A stretch of 64,000 nucleotides of DNA from Azolla caroliniana (lineage: Eukaryota; Plantae; Polypodiophyta), in NCBI GenBank assembly GCA_043228905.1, contig JBHGNT010000016.1, forward strand, positions 8,618,001 through 8,682,000, read 5' to 3'. Below are positions 1-12,365 of this stretch, piece by piece. The notes under the pieces are model-generated. The model had not been told where the DNA came from. It saw only the letters and a program-made list of their open reading frames with translations, and did not search any database. Numbering within the stretch: the stretch's first letter is position 1; the number at the start of each line of letters is the position of its first letter. The position numbers and the translations under genes are program-made.

Positions 1-446
1 CTGAGCAGGAGTAGAGCAAGTACCTCATCGGCGAGAGGTACTTCCAACGAGGTTGCCTGGTGAATCAGCCCTTGGAAGGCATTCATGTGCTCCGCCATAC
101 TAGAACCGTCTTGGTACTAGAGCCTAACTAGCTTCCGAAATACCGAAACCCGATTAACAACATTTTTGTTCTGAAACATGATGCCGATCTTCTCCTAGAG
201 CTCATGAGCCTTACTCTCCTCATTAAAGTTGTTGTACAGGCTCATGTCAATGAAGCACCGTATGTATGCCGTTGTCTTCATGTGCATCACCTCCCAGATC
301 GTGGCATCGATCTTGTCCGATCTCTTGTCCCCGAACTGAACCGGAAACCAGAGATCTTTGACCACGAGCATGTCCCTCATCTTTGACTTCCACACTAAGT
401 AGTTGGAGCCGGTGAGCTTGAACATGCCTCCCAATGAATCTTCCAT
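1..446 (-). mobile_element. Ty1/copia (family A-like) gag N-terminus, degenerate, runs off the window edge
   Basis: MEDSLGGMFKLTGSNYLVWKSKMRDML... matches the gag starting at ~22202; in-frame stop at ~195. Confidence 0.85.
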
Positions 447-461
447 TTTCTGTGTCGTTTC

Positions 462-473
462 GCTCTGATACCA
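462..473 (-). promoter_or_regulatory. Primer-binding site (tRNA-iMet type)
   Basis: TGGTATCAGAGC on the minus strand, 3 nt from the LTR end. Confidence 0.9.
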
Positions 474-476
474 GAT

Positions 477-1069
477 TGACAAGAATATGCGGAATAATCT
501 TCGGCCACAACCGAGACTTAGATCACTTAATGATAATCAAACACAGAAAGATGAGAAATGGAAGTAAGTACACAAACAGAAAAAAAAGAATGCATAGGAT
601 GTTAACGTGGAAAACCCTAAATAGGAAGAAACCACGGGAGTTCACAAACTCCAACTATCACTATATAGAGAGGAATACAATAGATGAACACAAAGGCAAC
701 AACCTCTTGCTCACAAACTTTGCCTTGCGGCAGTTACAACAGAGACTTGCTCAAGGTCTCTCTCTCTCTCTCTTTGTGTTATTCTGCTACACTCTGTACA
801 ACAGTTACACCAGTAACTCTATACAAAATAATAACCTCTCGGTCATATTTATACTACTATGACCTTCGGGCTATTTACAAATATAGGCACAATGGGCTAA
901 CAGAGACATATTTACATATATGTCCCTTCATCCGGTGAGAGGTTCTCACCACGCCTGCATCATGCGGTTCTCACCGGGTCTTCCTTGCCGGGTACTCATC
1001 ATTTGGTTCTCACCGGGTCTTCCTTGTCGAGTACTCATCATCCCATCCAGAGGGATTGAAATACTAACA
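477..1069 (-). repeat. 5' LTR of family A-like copia
   Basis: TG...CA ends; shares GTGGAAAACCCTAAA..AAACCACGGGAG and GGGCTATTTACAAATATAG blocks with LTR 15376-16138; 39-bp duplication at ~966-1043. Confidence 0.8.
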
Positions 1070-1394
1070 CCTAGTCAATCTAATCCAACTTGTCAATCCA
1101 ATTCAACTTTGAGATGATTTACCATACACGTTTGATTGAATCATTCTCGAATGCGAATGCACGTATGATACGTATGGTTCATTCTATATATATACACATA
1201 TAAAAGTATGTATGTACTATGAAGTGTGTATAAAAATATATTATATGTTTTTATACAACACTATAAAAATAATATCACGTAATAATGCTACATATTGTAA
1301 TGTGCACCTTAGAACCAAATTATGTCCCTTTCCATTAACCATTAGCTCTATTTATACATTCATGTTCCTTTAGTTACATTCTTGATTCGACCTC

Positions 1395-1472
1395 TAACTA
1401 ACTCCAATGCTTTCTTGATGTGTATTGGTTCGACTTGGGACCGAACCAACATGGTTCGGTCTCGACACATGA
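1395..1472. repeat. 78-bp dispersed direct repeat with hairpin (second copy at 5575-5652)
   Basis: Copies differ at ~5 positions; contains GACCGAACCA-aca-TGGTTCGGTC. Confidence 0.8.
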
Positions 1473-2099
1473 GACCTCTCCCTTTGAGAAAATGAAAGCC
1501 ATGATCTTAGGTGTTTCCCACCAGGTGGCCCAAAAAGTTGAGACACTTAAAAAAAATGAGCTTTTTGACTTTCCCCCTTTTCACAAAATGAAAAATCAAT
1601 TTTTTAACATCTACTAGTGCGCAGTGGATTGCGTGTTCTCTCCTATTTCAACTGATTTTCCTCCTATTTCGATTGTTTTTCCTCCTATTTCGACTGTGTT
1701 TTCTCCTAGTTCGACTGTGTCTTCTCCTGCTGCGTTGCGACTGCGTGGGTCACTGAACTGGGGGAGACCGTGGACTGTGCTGCCTCGCTACCTACGGTCG
1801 GTGGAAGGGTCGACATGCTTGATCTAGGTATCGTTTTAATGCGTGAAATGTGTGCAACAGTCTGGGATGATGTATCCATTCTCTGTGATCGATAGGTATT
1901 AGCCTTGATGCGGTGTGTGACCTGATAAGGATTGAGCTAGCGATGCATAAAAGACTCGCATAGTCCTTTGCGGCGGATAGGGTAATAAACTCTAACTTGG
2001 TCCCCGATTTCCAATTCTCTTGGCTGATGTGTGGCATCGAAATGTTTCTTCTGGCATTGTTGTGCCTTATTAAGGTTGTATTGGAGTGCCCGTCAAAGG

Positions 2100-5000
2100 A
2101 GAGGCATGTTGGATTGTAGGTATAACCACCATGATGTTGCATCTATGTGATTGGTGTGTATCTTGACGACCTGTGGGTCTGGTGGAAGTCGTGGATCCCT
2201 GCCATACAATGCTCAGAATGGACTCACCCTAGTTGATTCTTGAACCGAAGTGTTGTAAGCATGCACCGCAAATGGAAGGACCTAATCCCATGACTGGTGC
2301 AATGGATCAACATAAGCGGTTATCACTTGTTTTATAGTTTTGTTCATCCTTTTTGTGAGCCCGTTAGTTTGGGGATGATATGGTGAGGTAAATAATTGCT
2401 TGATCCCCAAACTTTGTGCGAGTACTTTGAGAAATTCACTTCGAAATTGAGATCCCTGATTTGAAAGGAGTTGTTATGGACACCAGGGGGGAAAAATGAT
2501 GCGTTGTAGTAGCGCCCTCGCTATTGTACTTGCCGTTGAATTAGGTAGAGCAATGGCCTCAAACCAACGAGTCAGGTACTCCGTGATCACTAATATGTAT
2601 CTGTTGCCCTAGAGTGAAACTGGAAATGGCCCCATGAGATCCCAATCGACTATCTTAAAGGGTTCCTTCACAGTGATTGGTGTTAGTGATCCGCCTGTGG
2701 ATTGTGGATTCTTCACAGCCTGACATGTGAGACATGATTGGAGGAACGCCGATATGGATTGTTGCAACTTCGGCCAATAGTACATGGAGTGTATTCGATG
2801 GAGAAGTTTATGGAAACCGAAATGGCCAAATAGTTGGTGGTTGTGATTGAAGTCAAGGTATGTCGCTCGCAATGCTGCGGGGACATACAATCGTGGTGGA
2901 CATCCCTGACTTACATAATATAGAACATTGTCAATCATGGTAAAATTTTGGTTTAATTGTGCATCATGACTTGCCTAAATTTGTAGGATAATTTTCTTTA
3001 TTGTTGGGTCGTGTTGTTGCATCTGTTTTATGTTGATGTTGATGTGCATCATGACTTACTTGAGCAGCTTGATATTCCATCCATGAGGGGGCATCTGCCA
3101 CGACATTGGATTGGCCATGTCTATAGATCATCGTGAATTCGTACTCTTGCAAAGCCAGAGCCCAACGAAGTAGTCTTCCTGGTGGTTGTGTCTTCTGAAT
3201 TAGGGATATCAATGGCTGATGATCTATCTCCACCTACACCTTGTGTCGTGTAGGTATGGATGGAATTTCTGAAACGACCATACTACGGCAAAAAACTCCT
3301 TTTCAGCTGTTGAATAATTTCGCTCTAATTTTGTTAGCGCGCAGCTGATGTAGGCAATCAGGCACCAACTATCATTGTCATCTTGCTACAAAAGGACTGC
3401 CCCAATTCCAAATTTGGAAGCATCTGTCTGTAGACGGAAAATCTTGCTAAAATCAGGGAATGCTAATGTTGTTGCTGAGGTAATTAATTGTTTGATTGTC
3501 TTTCTCACACTCCTCAGTCCATTGGTATGGTTGATCCTTCTTTAATAGGTTCCATAAAGGAGTTGTAATTGTTGCTAGATGGGGAACAAACCTTAGTGAA
3601 AAATTCACTAATCCAAGAAAACTCTGTAGGGACTTGATGATGGATGGCTTCGGATATTCCGCGACAGCTCGTGTCTTCGTTGGATCTAGTTGTATTCCTT
3701 GTTCTGATATCATGAACCCTAAAAATCGTAGTGTTATTGCACCCCACTTGCATTTCCAAAATTGCAATTGTAGGTTGTATTTTTGAATGCGAAGGAGGAC
3801 TTCATGTAATATCTGGATGTGTTTTGGCCAGCTATCTGTGTGAATCAATATGTGATCTAGATAGACCAAAACAACAACTTGAAAAATCATGTCTTGGAAA
3901 ATACTGTTTGCCATCCTTTGAAATGTGTTGCCAGCATCTGATAGTCCAAATGGCATGCACTTAAACTGATACATCCTGTGTTGTGTTTGAAATGCGGTTT
4001 TGTGCTTGTCTTCTTTGCGTAAGGGAATCTGCCAGTAGCCAGAAGCTAGGTCCAAGGATGTGAAATATCTAGAATGCCCTAACTGGTCTAGTAAGTCGTC
4101 AATCCTAGGAAGTGGGTACCTGTCATGCTTCGTCACCTTATTTAACTGCCTGAAATCGATGCAAAACCAGAATGATCCATCTTCTTTGTGAACTAAATGG
4201 GGTTCTGATACCCACTCGTTGGTTGATGGCTCAATAATATCTTTTTCCAACATATCTTGGACTGTTGCGGCAATCCTTTGGTGGTCGAGAGGGGATAGCC
4301 GCCGCGCTGCCATCCGAACTAGAGGAGCGCCGATTGTCGGAATGGCATGCTGAACTGGCAGATTTACTTGTGCTGTTTTTTGAGGTTTACGGAAAATTGA
4401 TGGAAATGACTTGAGTAAGTGTCGTAGATCTGCCAGACGTGACTCTGATGGTTCGATATGGATCTGTGTATGGATGACCTGTGTACTAACATGCGATGCA
4501 CTAAGTAAGGGGATCATGGTGAATGGTTTATTATGAGGTAGGACTAACCTTTATGTGTCGAAATGCAGCTGAGCGCCATGCTTTACAAACCAATCACATC
4601 CTAATGTTAAAGAAAGACAAAAGTTGTTTCGGTAGTACATAGAATGAATGTATGAATGTGTGTTGTGCTAGTACGAATGTGCAGTGTGCATGCGTTGATG
4701 ACTGATAAATTTTTTGTTTATCTCCAAAAACGAGATTAATAGGAGGTGCACTAGATGTGGGTAAGTGCAATGAATTTACTAAATCTAAACTAATTGATGA
4801 AATTGTACTTCCTGAATCTAATAATGCTTCAGTGGGTTGGTTATGAATGCGTGCCATCGTGGAACAAACAATGCGACTGGACGAGGTAACGGCCTAAAAA
4901 TGCAGTAGTTGCTCTTCCTTCAACATCCCACGTTGTTGTTTCCCGGTACTTCGGCGAGTGAAGTTGAATCTACTAGATGTATCTGCGCATTCTGATGATG

Positions 5001-5340
5001 CTTTGATGTTGCAATGTTTCTTCACGTGCACATACGAGTTGCAATAGAAACATGGCGGTCTTCCTTGGCTGTCACGATCTGATAAGTTCTTTTTTGTATT
5101 AAAGTGAGCATTTTGCACATCAATCTCCATTGGAGTTACTGTGGGTTCCATTGGAATTTTTTGGCTGCGTTGTTGTGATTGTGTAGGTGCATGTTGCAAT
5201 TCGATGTAGCCCGGAGACTCTATGCGCGACACAATCTTTACCGCCATTTGAAATGTTGTTCGTCCTTGATCTTTCACCCATCTGGATATATCATGGCGTA
5301 GAAGAGGTAGTAAGAAATAGAGTTTCATAGTCTCTTTCAT
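2100..5340 (-). mobile_element. Degenerate Ty3/gypsy internal region (gag zinc knuckle, protease, RT, RNase H, integrase)
   Basis: CFYCNSYVHVKKHC (4894-5340); LLDSGS protease (4594-4857); RT with YPLPRIDDLLD and YLDHIL (3453-4517); RNase H (DHQPL, RLLRWAL); integrase HHCC (2609-2938); gypsy domain order; many frameshifts. Confidence 0.9.
3453..4517 (-). pseudogene. Gypsy reverse transcriptase fragment
   Basis: FCIDFRQLN, LDLASGYWQ, MPFGL motifs; catalytic YLDD changed to YLDH. Confidence 0.9.
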
Positions 5341-6875
5341 ATGTGGATCTACCCTTAACAGGGTGGAAGCATGCTACGGTGTACTAGAAAAGTACAGTTT
5401 TTGACCACAAAAAATGTCAGTCCTTTCGATACTATTAGTACTAAATAATTGAGAAAAAAAATCAAAGAAAAAAAATAAAAAAAAATCTATCCCTCTGAGC
5501 TCTTCATCTCAGACATCCATGTCAGGTTTTTGGGTTTCCTCCAATCTAAGAGGTTTGTTAGGGTTTAGGGAGCATAACTAACTCCAGTGCTTTCTTGATG
5601 TGTATTGGTTTGACTTGGGACCGAACCAACATGGTTTGGTCCCGATACATGACAATATTCTTAAATCTTTATTCTTTACTAAGAATGTTAGTTGAAACTT
5701 ATTTTTGGAAAAAAAAGAAAATTAAAATTTAATTTATAGAAAAACCTTTATTAAATATTCTAAGAGTCTAGAGTCTAGGTTTAATTTTAATCTTTTTAGT
5801 TTTAACTATTAAACCTGTTTGTTTTTCATACTTAATTACTATCTTTTATTAAACAATTTTGGTTAATAAAATAATGTGGATAGTAAATATCATAGTGTAA
5901 ACTTACATATGCAATTTTACACTATAATTTTTAGAAAACAAATTACACTATAGTATGTAAGTTTACACTACCCTAAAAATAGTTACATATCTTGTTTGTG
6001 TTTTGGTTAAAAGAAAATTAACATGATATTTATTTTATTTATTTCATTAGCTTTGTGACATAATTATGCTAATTTGTCTATCTTTACGTACTTTTTATAG
6101 TGATGAAGTGTGTAACGATATTGCATGATATATGTAGAGCCTTTCATTTTTAAAACTTATTCGTCAAATTACATGTTAGTTTTTGCACTATTATGTCATA
6201 TGACATACATTTTTAAAAAATGCCCCTCAAACAACTTTAATACTAACCCGTCAAAATTTAGGCCCTAGTTACAGGCATGACCATAAATTATCTTGTGGTA
6301 AGTTTGTATCAAAGTATTCTATACACGTGGATAAAGTGTGAGGGTTAAATGAGAGTGTAAAGAAGGGAGGATTACTTTTAATACTAGGAATTGAGACAAC
6401 CCATAAGGGCCAAGTGTGAACTTTCATGGGGGCTTTAGGTTTGGCTATAAATATGAGGCCAACCTACCCTCATTAGACACATTATTCGACTATTCTGAAA
6501 CTCTTGTAGAGAGCGCGCTAGTACCTGGTAAGCCTCCATGCCACAACCGTGGTATGGGATGGCAATCGAGGCTTGAGTCCTTCTCGATCCCTTCGCTTGG
6601 GGGTGGTCGGGTGGATCGACACCCTTCTTTCTCTCTCTTCTCTTTATAACTATCTTATATTTCCTTATCTTTTGCTTAAATTAGGATTAAGCTCTAATAG
6701 TTAGTATTCGAGCATTTTTTTCTAATGTTTCTTTTGTTGTGTTTTGTTTTTGGATGGTGATCAATCGATGTTTGTTCGAGCATGATCTAGAAACGCATCA
6801 ACAAAGGAACTTTTGTACTTCTGTTAATTTTTTATTTTATTCTTTTTGTTGAGAATCATCCCGGCCAAAACCAGT

Positions 6876-7495
6876 TGATACGTATGCGAATGTGGGTGCA
6901 AAGGACAAAGAACGATAGTGCGCATACAAACAGAAAACAGAAACACGGAGACACAAGATATTTTATGTGGAAAACAAGGAAAGGGAAAAACCACGGTAGT
7001 CAACGAACTACAAACTGTATCACTATTTAAGTAAGGTATACAATAAGAAACTTTAAGGCAACAACCTCAAGCTCTTCTTCGTCAGGCTGACGGTTGCACA
7101 CTCACACACTCTCTCACTCTCTTATTCTCAAGTTATAGAGGCAACCACACTGTAACTTATTCAACAATGATAATCAACTTTATTTCTAACTACTTGCACT
7201 AAGTATATTTATACTCATGTACAAGTTGGGCTATTTACAAATATAGCCTAGTAAGGGCACAATGAGGCTATTTACAATTATATTGATTGGGAGAATCAAC
7301 AGTTGAATTGGAACTGACTACTCAGGCCCATTAGATCAATCAGTGAGTTGACTTGGTAGTCAATTGAATAAAGACTAGATAGTCGAATTGGAAGTGATTA
7401 GTCGGGCCGACTAGATAGTCGACATAGGAGTCGACTAGTCGAATTGACTAGACTACCAACTTGTGGGTCGGATAGTCGAGTTGATGAGTCGGCGA
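6876..7495 (-). repeat. Copia family-A-related LTR remnant with GTCGAC/AGTCGA-rich short repeats
   Basis: GTGGAAAAC..AAAAACCACGG, AAGGCAACAACCTC and GGGCTATTTACAAATATAGCC blocks shared with family-A LTRs; right boundary uncertain. Confidence 0.6.
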
Positions 7496-9673
7496 AAGTT
7501 GTCTTCCATTTGTCTCTCGGTCAAATCTGTACGAGGTTATACGCTCCTCGTAAGTCGATTTTTGTGAAAAACTTTGTGCCATTAATCCTCTATAAATAAC
7601 TCGAGATAAGGGGAAACGCATACCTATTCCTGATGGTGACCTTATTCAATCCATAGGAATCCATGACTAGATGAAGTGATCCATCTTTTTTCTTGACAAA
7701 GAAAATAGGTGCACCGGCTGGAGATTTCAAATGTCGAATAAACCCGTTTGCCAAATTTTCCTCTATGTAGGCTCGAAGAACTTCAGGCTCGGTTGGTGAC
7801 AAGTTGTAGATCAGTCCCCATGGTGGCTCTTTTCCTGGTTGTAAGTCAATGGGACAATCATACGGTCGATGGTGAGGAAGAGTACTACATTTTACCTTAT
7901 CAAAAACATCGGTGTAATGATGATACTTCTTTGGAAGTTGAATTGTTGACTCCTCCTTGGTGGTGTTGGAAGGTTTCCCTGATATTGCAAATACAAACAT
8001 TGATTCCTTGTGTCCTTCCTCATGCAATTGATGTAGCGTAATGGTTGAAATCTTATGAGTAGATCCTCATGATTGTCAATACATGATTTCTCTTGTTCTC
8101 CAATCTATGTCTGGATTGTGTAAATTTCAAACCATAGTAACCCCAAAACAATTGGATTCACTAAACTACTAATTACATTAAATGATACCGCACACGCCAA
8201 ATTATTTAGGACAACACTAATCGGCTCTAACTCTTCTACACTATTTTCGGAAGCAATGGGGTGACCATCAATGACTACTACAGAAGCTGGGCAAGGGAGT
8301 TTTCTTAGGGATATCTAATGAGCTTGGGCAAACTTCTTATCCATGAAGCAAGAATTGGCTCTGGAATTTAGGAGTGCGAAGACATGTACTGGAGGATTAC
8401 TTTTAGTACTAATTGTTACTTGAGCTAGGAAGACATTGCTAACTTTCTTAGAGGGAATGGAACCACTACGGGGCTGCATAGATCTAGGACTATCCAACCA
8501 AACAATACCTATTTTGGTTGTACTTAGTTGTTTAACTCTTCTTCTAATTGACTAAGGACTTCAAATTTGTTTGATAGGCCTGGGCTATCAGGACTAGCTA
8601 ACACTCCTAATGAAATAGACTTGGTTTTAGTACTATTAGTGCTAGCGGCGATTTGATTTACCTGTCTTCTTGGTCTATGAGGACAGTTCAATGCAATATG
8701 CCCCGGTCCACCACAATATAGACATAGTCGATTTGCTTGTCGTTGCTACTTTTCCTCTTCAAATAATGGTCCGCGACGACGTGTGGTGTCGAATTCCATT
8801 GGAGTTGGAATATTTGCTGGAGACGCATTATATGACTCTCTTGGAAAAGGTTTTGCTACAACTAAGGCATAGGTGGGCTCTGATCTTGTCTTTGGCATCT
8901 AGAACAGACGTTCTGAATGTCATTCAAAAAGGCGGTTATCGCATCATATTGCTCGACTGATTGCTTTTGTGAGCAACTTTCGTTCTTCGGGGAAGGTCAA
9001 GAGTAAATCCTTGACATCATTATGTAGGCCATAACGAAATTGCTCCATCAATGTTTGGTCATCCCAAGAGCGTTTTCTCTAACAAAGGGGCGAACCATAC
9101 CAAAGCTATGACACTAAGTAGTGTGCCTACTAACCCCACTCGTGATGCATCGGTGGTATATCGAGAAGGATGCATTTGAATCACCAAACGTACCTGATTA
9201 AGAAATCCTCTAAACTGTGATCGCGTTCCATCTAAATTCATAGGAAGACCGATCTTGGGTTCTTTGGGAGTCCCTTGAGTGCTTGATCCTTGTTGTTATA
9301 GTGACACAATAGTTGCTTCAAGTTGTTGCACACGTAACGTCCGCTCCCCATGTTGTTATTGTTTTTCTAGAGCTATTTGTTGAAGATCCCCCAACAGACA
9401 TTGATTTTCTTGCTCTAGTGCTACAAACTTCTCTTTTATGCACTAGAGCTACGAGAAAACGGATTGATATTCTTGAGTGCTAACAATTGCCATTAGTAGG
9501 AAGGATAAGAGGATTAGTATAAGGGAAGGAGGGAGAAATTTAGTTCAAACGGTCAGGGATAGTACTAGAGATAGGGAGAATTAGTACTAAAGATAGAGAG
9601 GAAGAATGAGGATTAGTATTAGGAAGGGGAAATGTGTGTGGAGACTCACGAGAGAAGGAGAGAGAGAGTCTAG

Positions 9674-9705
<32 letters not shown>

Positions 9706-12365
9706 TGATAACAAGTGGTATATTATATGAAGAGAAGATACAAGAATAGCTAGGAGGCGACACAGCCCTCTATGTTGATGGGGAGATTGGTAATCTCGGG
9801 CAGGTACAGAATGCTTTGCAGAATTTCTCAGAAGCTACAGGTTCCTCTCTTAATTGGAATAAGTCAGTAGGGTTTTGGGTGGTTGCAGAGCCTCATCCTG
9901 CTTGGTATCCAGGTTCTACTTTCCGCTGGCTTAACCAAGGTGAACCTATTCAGTATTTGGGATGCCTAGTTGGTATAGATTTAATATCAGAAGCTATGTT
10001 ATCCCCGCTGCTATTATCAATAAAGCATAAACTTCTATATTGGGATGCCCAACCATTGTCCTTTGCAGGTCGGGTTGTAGTAGCAAATTCAGTACTTTTG
10101 GCCTCCATGTGGTTTATAGCTTCTGTTTGGTTATTTCCAAGGTCAGCAATAATGAAAGTACAAAGCTTGATTCGTAATTTCCTCTAGGGAGGAAAAGATG
10201 GCTTGAACAATAGCCAAAGTTGCTTGGAAGGTGCTGATTCAACCTAAAATCCATGGAGGGTTGGGTTTGATAGATCCTTTGATGCAGTAAAGAGCCCTCT
10301 TGGTTAAGTTTGTGATTCGAGGATTGCCACAAGGGTTAGAAGCCTAGAAAGGAATTTTTCTAAAGCAGCTAATGAATTTAAGTCCTAGGACGGAGGGAGT
10401 TTGGTCTCCCTCTCTAAAATGGTTGTTCTTGAATGACGTACAAACGCCAAGGCGGGATCTAGCTTCTAACCGTTTTTTGTTAGGAATCATAAGGGCATGG
10501 GATGGGATCAAGTCATTTCTAGTTAAGGAGAAGCCTTCGACTTCGGATGCATTGCTTAATCAGCCTCTTCTTGGAAATTCTCTATTTCGGGATAATGTAT
10601 GAAAAGTACTGGGTCTCAGAACTCACCTTGCTTGGGGTAAACTGGATAATCGGCCAGCTGCTTCTGTAAATACTTGGATTCGTTTCCAACAGATGCCACA
10701 AGCAGATCGACTTGCAGATCTACAAACTCTTCACAGAGCCAAGATAAAGACTGCTGCCATTTCAGTTTCATATTCCTCATTAGCGGCGACTTTCGAACCC
10801 ATACAGGAGCATTTCTGGTTTGGATGCTTCATAAATGATACATTGTTGGCTGTCAAGGGTATCTCACCTAATGGGTGCATCTCTTATTTTGAGGTTCTTG
10901 ATAACAATAGAATGCAGCTACTTTCAGCATGTGCGGAATGCACCAGTTAGAGTGATTGCAAAAATGGGAAAGAAGTGGTTGCTGGATCCTTATCCTTCTA
11001 TTGCTCATATGTGTGATATGATGTGGTTGTATGCAAAAGAACCTGTTGCAAGACTACCATGGGATCGGGGGGGTTGGTTTTGGACATATTCCTTGGGGGA
11101 ACATATCATAAAGGTTCCCTTTTTTCAGTATTCAGTAAAGCTAGGAAGGTCATTACTAAGGTCTATGAATGTAATGGCACTAGCAGCACAAAAACATTGG
11201 ACTAACTGGGGTGTTTCAATGTTGCAGTTGAAAACATATTGGAGATGGATATGGTCTTTCAAGGGCCTTCTAAATTTATTCTTTTTAGATGGTTATTAGT
11301 GCATGTTGCATTACTAGTTGGCCAGCCGTTAAAAGGGAATGTAGCACATAATCTCAGGCAATGTGGATTTTGCTATGCAATGCCGGAGACTACTAAGCCT
11401 ACCCTTTGGTCTTGTCCCTTGGCTTAGCAAGTATGGAATACAATTCTTTCTTTATTCCTAACAATCAATGTTGGTTGCTTGTTCTCATGGGGAGCAACGG
11501 TGTGGGGAATATTACACTCCAACGTGATGTTGTATGAGGCAGATGATATACAAGAGGCCATGACGGCATATAACATAATATTGATATCAGTTAGTCCGTT
11601 TCAGCAATCTCGAAAGCAGATGCGATCTGTCCAGATCTAGAAAACTATGACTACGATAACATTATGGGTATTATGGAAATGTAGATGTAGTCGACTTTAC
11701 GATGCCGCAAAGCTTGGCATTCCAGAGGTATTGCTTGAGATATGGGAAACATTGTTGACAGTAGTTTGTGGGCAGTATGATAACATGTCTGGTTCTCCAG
11801 AAAATATTCATAAAAGAAGGATGAAGCTTATTCACTTATGGAGGAAGGTGCCTCTTTTTGTAATGACAAACCAAAGACCTCAATGGAATTATCATCTTCC
11901 ATAGACCTTTTCTCGATATAAAACCAACATGTTAATGTATTGTTTAAGGCCCAACAACCCTATATAAGCTGTTTTTGTATGTACAAGTTAGGTCTACATA
12001 CATTACATTGTAAGCCTATGGGCAGATAACTTTTACTTGTACTTTCTTGATGTTTTAATACTATTGAAGAAAATCTTTCAAGGAAAAAAAAAGAATAGCT
12101 AGGAGGCTTAAGACTGGCGTTTGAACCGGATTGGTTCTAAATAATGCCATGTGCCTCTATTTATAGTACTCTCAAGAGTACTCCTGAACTTTCTAGAATG
12201 TTCTAGGGTAATATGGAATATACATGAATTTCCTATCGTGAAATAATAAATGAAAATAATATCTTTTGTATTACAATGCATGGTTTAATGGTAAGGGTTC
12301 AATCCATGTAACACATAGTCATGGGTTCAAATCCTTTTGGAGCCATACCATAACATATCATGACA
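7495..12365 (-). mobile_element. Truncated Ty3/gypsy (Tcn1/chromovirus-like) gag-PR-RT with 5' LTR region interrupted by an L1
   Basis: Gag DGTRSQFRGFLNQVRL (9059-9241); protease-like 8315-8497; RT start [28 protein letters not shown] (7590-8027); putative LTR start TGTCATGA at 12365. Confidence 0.75.
9759..12090 (+). mobile_element. 5'-truncated L1-clade LINE (ORF2 C-terminal half), degenerate
   Basis: Exact 17-bp TSD AAGAATAGCTAGGAGGC (9742-9758 and 12091-12107); short A tail; LNWNKS, YLG, LSFAGRVVVANSVL, zf-RVT-like and WVLWKCR motifs. Confidence 0.92.
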
